A stretch of DNA of 64,000 nucleotides from a bacterium. Lineage in GTDB: Bacteria; UBA10199; 2-02-FULL-44-16; JAAZCA01. Shown here piece after piece: positions 42,924 to 50,761 of the stretch. The position numbers and the translations under genes were made by a program. Location: positions 1,013,064 through 1,077,063 of the forward strand of contig CAXXGI010000003.1 in assembly GCA_963674695.2 (NCBI GenBank), given 5' to 3'. The number at the start of each line of letters is the position of its first letter. The first letter of the stretch is position 1. The notes beneath the pieces were generated by a model, which did no database searches, was not told where the DNA came from, and was given only the letters and a program-made list of their open reading frames with translations.

Positions 42924-43849
42924 GACGCTGTCCGATCACCTATGAACAGATTGCGGAAGACGAGCGCTACTCGAGCGCAGGGCTGAAGCAGCTCTCGCGC
43001 ACCCTCACCGACATCGCCCCCCTCCCCTTTACCGAAGCGGAACAGATTCACGAAGCGATGGCGCGCGCCGACAAGATGTCGATCCAGGGCGTGCAGCCGA
43101 AGCTCAGCGCCGTCCTTCGCGTCAAGGAGGGTCGTTTCGACATCGTCGACCGTGGCGGAACCTACATCCTCAAGCCACAGATTCGATATCCCGAAGTTCC
43201 GGAGAACGAAGCGATAACGATGACGCTCGCGGCATCGCTCGGCATTGACGTCCCTGTGCACGGCCTCGTCGAAGGTCGTGACAAGCATTGGACCTACTTC
43301 ATCAAACGCTTCGATCGTCTGGGGAAGGGACGCAAGCTCCCCGTCGAAGATTTCGCACAGCTGGCCGGAGCGACGCGCGAAACGAAATATCGCAGCTCGA
43401 TGGAACAGGTCGCCAGGATCGTCGAAACCCATTGCACCTTCCCCATGATCGAGCTCCGCAAGCTCTTTGTACGCACGCTCTTCAATTTCCTCACCGGCAA
43501 CGAGGATATGCACCTCAAGAACTTCTCCCTCATCACGCGCGATGGAAAGGTGGAACTCACCCCCGCCTACGACTTCCTCAATTCGACAATCGCGCTTCCG
43601 AATCCGATGGAAGAGCTCGCACTTCCCCTCAAAGGAAAAAAGGCGAGGCTCACGCGTAAGTACCTCATCGCATACTACGGTGAAGAACGACTGGAGTTGA
43701 ACAAGAAGGTCATCGGTGATGTCCTGGGGAACATACAGCGAGTCATTCCATTCTGGAGAGAACTCATCGACAGGAGCTTTCTCTCGGCGAAAATGAAGGA
43801 GCGGTATACGATGGTATTGGACAGGCGTCTCAAAACACTTGGGCTGTGA
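42920..43849 (+). CDS. hipT: HipT-like Ser/Thr kinase toxin (HipA core kinase lacking the N-terminal subdomain)
   Basis: The start overlaps the hipS stop. It has the Gly-rich loop MSIQGVQPKLS, the FIKRFDR block, and the catalytic motif GNEDMHLKNFS (HipA: GATDGHAKNFS), followed by LTPAYDF. Length is 309 aa. Confidence 0.85.
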   Translation: MRRCPITYEQIAEDERYSSAGLKQLSRTLTDIAPLPFTEAEQIHEAMARADKMSIQGVQPKLSAVLRVKEGRFDIVDRGGTYILKPQIRYPEVPENEAITMTLAASLGIDVPVHGLVEGRDKHWTYFIKRFDRLGKGRKLPVEDFAQLAGATRETKYRSSMEQVARIVETHCTFPMIELRKLFVRTLFNFLTGNEDMHLKNFSLITRDGKVELTPAYDFLNSTIALPNPMEELALPLKGKKARLTRKYLIAYYGEERLELNKKVIGDVLGNIQRVIPFWRELIDRSFLSAKMKERYTMVLDRRLKTLGL

Positions 43850-43852
43850 TTA

Positions 43853-45544
43853 TCACTCGATATCCGACGGCGGTTTCACGCCGGTGCAGGCCTCGGCGCT
43901 CCCCCCCTCCAGGAAGCACTTCACGACACCTCTCAACTCAGGTCCGGCGTAGCTCCACAAACCCGGCTTCTCGAAAAGCTGCGCAAACCACTCGATGGGA
44001 GTTTCTCCGACATCCGAAAAATCGGTCCAGAGAGGATATCTGACCCATTGCAGGGAACCTTCGACACAAGCATTCATTCGATGCGCGCGCTCACCATTCA
44101 AGGTAAATCTCCAAAAAGCTCCCTTGATCGGGTTTTGACACATCTCTGACAGCAATCCAATTCTGAAAGACGTCAGGCTATTTCGATCCCCATGGACAAG
44201 GAAGTCGTCGATGCTATGGCCGAGTTCATGCCGCGCAACCTTATACTGAAGCTCCAGCGTAGGAAGCACTCCTGTGCCAAAGCGATTCGCAAAGGGATTA
44301 TAGACCGCCGCTGCCTTGCACGGATAGCCAAAAAGGGATTCCATAAGAGAGGCGATATCATCCGAAGCAAGCGTCGGAGGACGCTCGGTTTCTGGATCGA
44401 TGCCGATAAATGTAAGTCCTCGTTCATCACCCTCGCCCTGGGCCCAGCGACGGACCATATGCGGCCCGAACGAGCGCATCGCCTCGCCGATCGCGAAGAG
44501 GCGTTTGGCGAAAGCATTCGGACCACCCTGGAGAATCACCGCTTCTTCGCCGAGCTCCGCCGGGAGCGCAATCTCGAAGAGATGTCCGTTCACCGAGATA
44601 CGTCCGTTTTTCGGATCAACTTTCGTCAATTGATCGATCACCGGCTTCAGCTGACGCCGTTCATCCTCCGTCAGCGCACCGGAGCGGTGAAAGAGCGCAA
44701 AGGCATGCCATGCCTCTTCGACCGAGGAGAGACGATCATCGTCCTCAACATCGAGACGCGCTCGCAAATCGGGCGACATCGGCTGCGGAAACGCGACACT
44801 CCGATAAAAGGGAAGAGGTGCCTCCGGATACTCGGAGATGGGATCGAATTCGACCCGAACCAACGCGTTTCGAGTAGAGTCAATAACGTTCTCGGCATTG
44901 ATTTTCAGCAACGTCGAGAACCTTTCCGGCGATTGACGAAAGAGTTCAATCGCACTTGTTTCTATGATAAACTCTCGTTGGTCGAAGTTGATCTCCACAG
45001 TACTCGTCGACCAAAGCAGCTGCAAGCCGTACCGGCGAATAAGATCCTCCATCATCCACCGCACCTCCGGCGTCTCGAACGTCAGATGGTCGGCCATGTC
45101 TGATTGCACCTTCATTCGCTCGCAGACATCGAGACTCGAACACTCCATCTCCAGATGTGCAATGTCACCTTCCATTTCGCGAATATCGAAATCGACATTC
45201 CACTTTCCATTCCGTGCCCAACGAATAACATGAATGGACTCCACCGGTTGATGCAAGAGCAACTCAAGGCGTTCCTCTATCGATGCGCGATAGGTGTCGA
45301 CGAGCTCTTCATCGTTGCCACAGGCGCGCCGTTCAAGCTTCGCGCCCGCCTCGGTGACCACCCCTGAACAATGCGCGGGACCGGCCTCGCCGCGATCGAA
45401 ACTCACGTCGATCTGCCGCTCACCGCTCTCGTCTTGCCGTTCGGAATAGCGATAGATATCCTCACAGACGAGATTCTCCGGAGGCGAAGCACTGCCCTTC
45501 TGTTTTTCCAGAACGGTCCCCATCGCACACTCCTTCTCCTTCAT
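43853..45544 (-). CDS. Orphan cytoplasmic protein with C-terminal HExxH (HELGH) motif
   Basis: 563 aa from ATG 45544 (GGAG 6 nt upstream). An ATG at 45523 and a TTG at 45604 are also possible. It has no signal peptide or TM helix. The only recognisable motif is VARHELGHSIDDF. GC looks lower than in flanking genes. The overlapping plus-strand ORF 44192-45103 is Arg-rich shadow. Confidence 0.7.
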   Translation of the reverse strand: MKEKECAMGTVLEKQKGSASPPENLVCEDIYRYSERQDESGERQIDVSFDRGEAGPAHCSGVVTEAGAKLERRACGNDEELVDTYRASIEERLELLLHQPVESIHVIRWARNGKWNVDFDIREMEGDIAHLEMECSSLDVCERMKVQSDMADHLTFETPEVRWMMEDLIRRYGLQLLWSTSTVEINFDQREFIIETSAIELFRQSPERFSTLLKINAENVIDSTRNALVRVEFDPISEYPEAPLPFYRSVAFPQPMSPDLRARLDVEDDDRLSSVEEAWHAFALFHRSGALTEDERRQLKPVIDQLTKVDPKNGRISVNGHLFEIALPAELGEEAVILQGGPNAFAKRLFAIGEAMRSFGPHMVRRWAQGEGDERGLTFIGIDPETERPPTLASDDIASLMESLFGYPCKAAAVYNPFANRFGTGVLPTLELQYKVARHELGHSIDDFLVHGDRNSLTSFRIGLLSEMCQNPIKGAFWRFTLNGERAHRMNACVEGSLQWVRYPLWTDFSDVGETPIEWFAQLFEKPGLWSYAGPELRGVVKCFLEGGSAEACTGVKPPSDIE

Positions 45545-45647
45545 TATCGTCTCCACGATGGGGAGAAGTTGCCGACATATGTAGATTGTCGCTGCCAAGG
45601 GCAATTTTTCAGTGCGAACAGGGCGTCATTCTGATAGGGCAACCGCC

Positions 45648-46664
45648 ATGTCTCCTCCATCCGAACACATCCTGATGGCCCACGGCGCTGGCGGCACGCA
45701 GAGTCGTGAGCTGGTCGCTGAGCTCTTCGCCCGACATTTTTCCAACCCCACATTGGAGGCGATGAACGATGCCGCCATTATCGACGCGCCAACGGGAAAG
45801 ATCGCGCTGACCACCGACGCCTATGTCGTCCGTCCGCTCTTCTTTCCGGGGGGCAACATCGGAAAACTCTCGATCTGCGGAACGGTGAACGACCTGGCCG
45901 TATCGGGCGCAGCCCCCGTGGCGCTGACCGCCTCGTTTGTCATTCAGGAGGGTTTTTCGATCGAAGAACTCGAACGGATTGTCATCTCGATGGCCCAAAC
46001 CGCACGCGATGCGGGCGTCGCTATCGTCGCGGGTGATACGAAGGTGGTCGAACACGCCGGTATCGACGGACTCACGATCACGACCGCGGGTCTGGGACGA
46101 CTGGTGACCGAAGAGCCGCTGATGAGTTCGCGCATCGAGGCAGGCGATGTCGTCCTGATCAATGGGAACATCGCCGATCACGGCATGGCCATCATGGCGC
46201 AGCGCGAAGGGCTCTCCTTTACGACGACGATCGAGAGCGACTGCGCCTGCCTCTGGCCTCTCGTTGAATCACTCCTGACCACCGTACCGAACGTGCGCTT
46301 CATGCGCGATGCCACCCGCGGGGGCTTGGCCGCGGTCCTCAACGAATGTTGTGAACACAATCCCTTTGGCCTCGATATCGATGAAACCGCCATTCCGCTG
46401 AATGAAACGACGGCCGCCGCTTGCGAAATCGTCGGTCTCGACCCGCTGGCGGTCGCCAACGAGGGAAAGCTCATAGCGGTCGTTCCGGCATCCGACGCCC
46501 AGCGAGCCCTCGACGTCATGCGCGGACACCCCCTCGGCACGGATGCCGCCATCATCGGGCAGGCCACCGCCGAGGATGCCGGGCGTGTTCGCCTGCGCAC
46601 AGCCGTGGGAAGCACGCGCCTGGTCGCCATGCCCTCAGGCGAGCTGCTGCCGAGGATATGTTGA
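45648..46664 (+). CDS. hypE: Hydrogenase maturation protein HypE
   Basis: AIR-synthase-like fold (MAHGAGG, DDAA, GDTKV) and the diagnostic C-terminal ..LPRIC. ATG at 45648. Confidence 0.93.
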   Translation: MSPPSEHILMAHGAGGTQSRELVAELFARHFSNPTLEAMNDAAIIDAPTGKIALTTDAYVVRPLFFPGGNIGKLSICGTVNDLAVSGAAPVALTASFVIQEGFSIEELERIVISMAQTARDAGVAIVAGDTKVVEHAGIDGLTITTAGLGRLVTEEPLMSSRIEAGDVVLINGNIADHGMAIMAQREGLSFTTTIESDCACLWPLVESLLTTVPNVRFMRDATRGGLAAVLNECCEHNPFGLDIDETAIPLNETTAAACEIVGLDPLAVANEGKLIAVVPASDAQRALDVMRGHPLGTDAAIIGQATAEDAGRVRLRTAVGSTRLVAMPSGELLPRIC

Positions 46665-46730
46665 CTCGTGAGATGGTGAGATGGCTGAATGGTGAGATGG
46701 CGAAATCGGGAGATCGCGTGATCGCTCAAT
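46664..46730. repeat. (GTGAGATGG/CTGAATGG) word array after hypE
   Basis: The sequence is tgactcgtgagatggtgagatggctgaatggtgagatggcgaaatcgggagatcgcgtgatcgctcaatcg and includes the hypE stop. Confidence 0.85.
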
Positions 46731-46779
46731 CGAAAGAACGTATTTGTCTCGTCTGCCTCGCTCTGGTATAGGCCCCTCT

Positions 46780-47550
46780 ATGCTGAAGAGATCCCTCATT
46801 ATCGTGCTTTTACTCGTCGCCGTTCCCGTTGCGGCATGGGCGGCGTTTCCGAAACCGACCGGGTTTGTGAACGATTTTGCAAAGGTCCTGCCGGTCCCGA
46901 TGAAGGCAAAGCTGAATACGCTCCTGGGTAACTTCGAACGACAAACGGGCATCGAGGTGGCCGTGGCCACCCTGCCGACGCTGAATGACGAACCGATCGA
47001 GAACGTCGCGGTGACTCTCTTCGCCCAATGGGGCATCGGAAAGAAGGGGAAGGATAACGGCGTCCTCTTCCTCGTCGTGCCGAGCGAGAAACGCATGCGC
47101 ATCGAGGTGGGCTACGACCTCGAAGGGGCGATCAATGATGCCCTCGCCGGCCGCATCCTCGACGAGGTCGTCATCCCGCGTTTTCGCGCCGGCAACATCC
47201 CGAACGGCATCGCTGCAGGGACACTGGCCATCGTCGACACGATCAATCGCAAAGAGAATCTGGGCTTCGATGTAAAGGCAGCGGCCAGCGCCCTTCCGAT
47301 CTCACGTGCGCCCGTGCGCAAAAAGAGCGGGCCGTTGCAAACGGCCGGAAAAGTCCTGGTACTGTTGGTCCTAGCCTTTCTCTTCATCCGACATCCTCGG
47401 CTCCTGCTCCTGTTGATGCTCTTCGGCGGCGGCAGAGGTTCAGGACGCGGTTTTGGTGGCGGGGGATCCGGCGGCTTCGGCGGTGGTGGTGGTTTCGGCG
47501 GCTTTGGCGGCGGGCTCTCCGGCGGCGGCGGCGCGTCGAGGGGATGGTAG
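46780..47550 (+). CDS. TPM-domain (YgcG-like) membrane protein with Gly-rich tail
   Basis: Signal/TM segment, then FVNDFAKVL..., GIEVAVATLPTL and GVLFLVVPSEKRMRIEVGYDLEG, which are typical TPM blocks. The C-terminus has a TM helix and a (GGGF)n tail. Confidence 0.85.
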   Translation: MLKRSLIIVLLLVAVPVAAWAAFPKPTGFVNDFAKVLPVPMKAKLNTLLGNFERQTGIEVAVATLPTLNDEPIENVAVTLFAQWGIGKKGKDNGVLFLVVPSEKRMRIEVGYDLEGAINDALAGRILDEVVIPRFRAGNIPNGIAAGTLAIVDTINRKENLGFDVKAAASALPISRAPVRKKSGPLQTAGKVLVLLVLAFLFIRHPRLLLLLMLFGGGRGSGRGFGGGGSGGFGGGGGFGGFGGGLSGGGGASRGW

Positions 47551-48281
47551 AAAGGGGAATGACGATGACTCCGTATGATCTTACACATGAACTCGAACGC
47601 CTCTACGGCGATGACCTCCGGGCGGTGGTCCTCTATGGCGCCGATACCGGCAGCACCGCCAAGAAGAAAACCCGTTTTTCCGACAGCAATATCTTCTGCG
47701 TGCTCTCCGACCCCTCCCCCGCCATGCTCGCGCGCGCGAATCCGGTGCTCAAAAAATGGGCCCGCAAGGGCAACCGCCTGCCGCACTTCTTCGGGCCTAC
47801 GCACATCGAGACCTCGCTCGATATCTTCCCGCTCGACTTCCTCGAGATCCAGGATCGGCACGAGGTCCTGCTGGGGCAGGATCCGTTGGCAGCGATCGAA
47901 GTCGACGCCCAGAACCTGCGGCATCAGTGCGAGAGCGAGCTGAAGGGAAAGCTCATCCATCTGCGCGCCTTCTATGCCGGCAACTACCATAAACCAAAGC
48001 GCGTTGCCGAGCTGATGGCCCAATCCTTCTCCGACTTCATCGCCGCCTTTCGGGGCATACTGCGCCTGCTGCAGGAGACGCCGCCGAAGGACGACCGCGC
48101 CGTCATCGACCGTCTCTCCCAGCAACTTGACTTCAACCCCGAGATCTTTTTTGATGTCCTGGCCCTGCGTGACGGCGAAACGCCGCTGCCACGCGGAGAT
48201 GATGCCCTCTCAGCATTTGAACGCTACATCACCGAAATCGAAGCGATCACGACGTATGTGGATCAATTGACCGTTCGATAG
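47544..48281 (+). CDS. Hypothetical protein, possibly degenerate Pol-beta-type nucleotidyltransferase fold
   Basis: LRAVVLYGADTG...SDSNIFCVL loosely resembles the GS-x(n)-D-x-D NTase motif, but the acidic residues are not conserved. A start at 47565 (RBS GGGGA) is equally possible. The last codons and the stop lie in a repeat array. Confidence 0.55.
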   Translation: MVERGMTMTPYDLTHELERLYGDDLRAVVLYGADTGSTAKKKTRFSDSNIFCVLSDPSPAMLARANPVLKKWARKGNRLPHFFGPTHIETSLDIFPLDFLEIQDRHEVLLGQDPLAAIEVDAQNLRHQCESELKGKLIHLRAFYAGNYHKPKRVAELMAQSFSDFIAAFRGILRLLQETPPKDDRAVIDRLSQQLDFNPEIFFDVLALRDGETPLPRGDDALSAFERYITEIEAITTYVDQLTVR

Positions 48282-48307
48282 TTCGATGGTTCGTCAGTTC
48301 GATGGTT
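48273..48307. repeat. (GTTCGATG)x4 word block
   Basis: The sequence is gttcgatagttcgatggttcgtcagttcgatggtt. It is the reverse complement of the array at 48349-48472. Confidence 0.9.
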
Positions 48308-48348
48308 TTATGGAACTTGACTTTTGTCGTGCAGAGTTGATCCTTCGT

Positions 48349-48472
48349 AACCATCGAACCATCGAACCATCGAACCATCGAACCATCGAACCATCGAACC
48401 ATCGAACCATCGAACCATCGAACCATCGAACCATCGAACCATCGAACCATCGAACCATCGAACCATCGAACC
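48349..48472. repeat. Perfect tandem array, 15.5 x AACCATCG (8-nt unit)
   Basis: 124 nt with no interruption. It ends directly at the GGAGG RBS of lemA (ATG 48483). Confidence 0.97.
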
Positions 48473-48482
48473 GGAGGAACAC

Positions 48483-49121
48483 ATGAAAAAAACACTCATC
48501 GTCATCGGTATCATCGTCTTTATCATCCTGGCCATCGGCTCGAGCTTCGCGGGCAAATACAACGGGCTCGTCTCGCTGCGCGAAAACGTCACCACCTCCT
48601 GGGCACAGGTCGAGAACGTCCTGCAGCGGCGTAACGACCTGATCCCGAACCTCGTGAACACCGTCAAGGGGTATGCGGCGCACGAGCAGAAGGTCTTCAT
48701 CGACGTCACCAAGGCGCGTGCGCGCGTTGGCGGAGCCACCACGATCCCGGAGAAGGTCGCGGCGAACAACCAGCTCACCGCTGCCCTGGGGCGACTGCTC
48801 GTCGTCTCGGAGCGCTATCCGGAGCTCAAGGCCAATCAGAACTTCCTGGCCCTGCAGGACGAACTGGCCGGGACGGAGAACCGCATCGCGGTGGAGCGCC
48901 GCCGCTATAACGAAGCGGTGCGCGCCTACAACACCTCGGTGCAGGTCTTCCCCACCAACGTCATCGCCGGCATCTTTGGGTTTGAGCGCCAGAGCGTCTA
49001 CTTCAAGGCGGATGAAGCGGCAAAGACCGCACCCAAGGTCGATTTCAACACGGCACCGCCTCCGACCCAGCCCGCCCCCGAACAGCCGGCCGCGGCACCG
49101 GCCGCACCACCTGCGGAATAA
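48483..49121 (+). CDS. lemA: LemA family protein
   Basis: N-terminal TM helix, then YNGLVSLRENVTTSWAQVENVLQRRNDLIPNLV and ELKANQNF..LQDEL, which are canonical LemA blocks. Confidence 0.92.
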   Translation: MKKTLIVIGIIVFIILAIGSSFAGKYNGLVSLRENVTTSWAQVENVLQRRNDLIPNLVNTVKGYAAHEQKVFIDVTKARARVGGATTIPEKVAANNQLTAALGRLLVVSERYPELKANQNFLALQDELAGTENRIAVERRRYNEAVRAYNTSVQVFPTNVIAGIFGFERQSVYFKADEAAKTAPKVDFNTAPPPTQPAPEQPAAAPAAPPAE

Positions 49122-49125
49122 ATAC

Positions 49126-49156
49126 AAAAGCCGGGGCGCATCGCCCCGGCTTTTTC
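49126..49156. terminator. Bidirectional rho-independent terminator
   Basis: AAAAGCCGGGGCG-CAT-CGCCCCGGCTTTTT, between convergent genes. Confidence 0.85.
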
Positions 49157-49175
49157 GCATTCATCTCTTCATCCC

Positions 49176-50747
49176 CTACAGATCATCGCGCTCATATCCG
49201 CGTTTGAAGAACAACTGACAGTTATCGGCCGCCGTATAATCCAGCGGATCTTCAACTTCCGCCGTATTATCACAGCGAATGGTCAGCAGCGTACTCTTCC
49301 CGCCATTGATGGTCGCGATGCAGGTGTTCTGGCCCGAAACACCGTTAAATGATCCCGAGAGCGTCGAGGTCAAATTGTACATCGGAACGATCCCCGGTTC
49401 CGCCATGTAAGGGAGGCAGGGGTCCTCGAAGACCTTCTCCCCGTCTTCATCATAGAAACAGACATCGTTCTCGCGCACGACCAACGAGATATACTCCGGA
49501 ATCGTATCGTAGGTCATGCCGTTGATCGAAACACCCCTCAAGGCCTCCGGCTGATCCAATGCAATGCAGAACGGCGGCCCATTCTCGAATTCCTCGTCGC
49601 CCCACTCCTCATAGTACATGTTGTCCTCATCATAGACGCCGTAGTCGCTGAAGTAGTGAAGCTTTTCCGTATCTCCCCACTCCGCCGGGAACGGCCCGCT
49701 GAGACGGCCGTACTGTTCCTCTTCAAAGTATTCCTCGGGCGTCGGATAGGCCTCGTCACAGCCATAGGCCTCCTGCTTCCAGACCAGATTTCCGCTCACC
49801 TCGACATCCCCTTCACCCATATTGATCGTTCCGCTGCAGGCAACCGTGATCGTCTCGTCGGCAAGTCCTGTAAGCGCCCCTTCCTGCGGCGTGCACGAGA
49901 GTTCAAAGGACTCGTCATCGACATAGACGTTCAGATCATCCATCCGCGAGAGCTCATGATTGCGCGCATCGAAGTAGAGGACCGTCGTCAGCGTCAACGT
50001 GGATGTATAGCTGAGCGGCTGGGACATCTCATAGACCACGCGCAGCTCAAGCGAACCATCATCCCCCTCGACCCAGGTCATGTCGTCCTCAATATCGAGA
50101 CAGATATCATGCGTATCGTCGATATCCGAATCGGAGACCGACGGCATCACCGCCGTCGAACCCAGAAGACCGGAAAACACGCTCGAAAGATTCGCGCGCA
50201 TGGTGATAGCCGGGCGAATGGAAAGCACATCGCTGCAATCGGAGTCGACCTCCATGACGAGCGAGCAGCTCGCATCCCCCTCGGCGAGTGCAAAGGTCAC
50301 CTGATCCCCATCCTCGACCGCCTCCTTCGCCAGCAGCTCGTCGGTCCAGCTCAGCACCGCGCTCTCGAACGAGGCCGTATCCGACGGCCCCAGCGTGAAC
50401 GTCGGCGAATCCATGGAGACCGTCTGACCGCTCACGTTGAGCAGACCCGAATGCACATTGCCCCAGGTGATGGAGTAGCTCGCATCATCGACGGCCGCAA
50501 CGGTGGCACACTGCTGCGCGGGTGCCACGGTGAGCCCCGAACAGGTGCTGCTCACATAGCGCACCACGCCGCTGATGCTCGGGATGGAGCTGGGATCGGT
50601 CGTCCCGCCGGTCGTTCCCCCCGAGGTGGTCGTTCCGGCTCCAACGATTCCCGCACTACAGCCGGAGAAGAGAAATCCCACCAACAGCATCAGCACCCAT
50701 GCCGATTTCATCCATCGCTGTCTCATAGACATCCTCCTCTTTTTCAT
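49176..50747 (-). CDS. Acidic Cys-containing lipoprotein, family member 1
   Basis: The lipobox is LLVGFLFSGCSAG, followed by a Thr/Gly linker. I recognise no known domain. The likely true start is ATG 50726 (GAGGAGG 6 nt upstream). It is a paralogue of the next gene. Confidence 0.75.
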   Translation of the reverse strand: MKKRRMSMRQRWMKSAWVLMLLVGFLFSGCSAGIVGAGTTTSGGTTGGTTDPSSIPSISGVVRYVSSTCSGLTVAPAQQCATVAAVDDASYSITWGNVHSGLLNVSGQTVSMDSPTFTLGPSDTASFESAVLSWTDELLAKEAVEDGDQVTFALAEGDASCSLVMEVDSDCSDVLSIRPAITMRANLSSVFSGLLGSTAVMPSVSDSDIDDTHDICLDIEDDMTWVEGDDGSLELRVVYEMSQPLSYTSTLTLTTVLYFDARNHELSRMDDLNVYVDDESFELSCTPQEGALTGLADETITVACSGTINMGEGDVEVSGNLVWKQEAYGCDEAYPTPEEYFEEEQYGRLSGPFPAEWGDTEKLHYFSDYGVYDEDNMYYEEWGDEEFENGPPFCIALDQPEALRGVSINGMTYDTIPEYISLVVRENDVCFYDEDGEKVFEDPCLPYMAEPGIVPMYNLTSTLSGSFNGVSGQNTCIATINGGKSTLLTIRCDNTAEVEDPLDYTAADNCQLFFKRGYERDDL

Positions 50748-50761
50748 GCCCCACTCATCCC

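Noticed and set aside
48349-48472. Possible CRISPR array
   Set aside because: The 8-nt units are directly adjacent with no spacers, and there are no cas genes in the window. It is a microsatellite-like tandem array.
48294-49160. ORFs with MVRWFDGSMVRWFDGS.. or NHRTIEPSNHRTIEPS.. peptides (also 48247-48495, 48286-48486, 6547-7092)
   Set aside because: These are repeat-array translations in non-coding spacers or antisense to lemA. There is no start context or coding signal.
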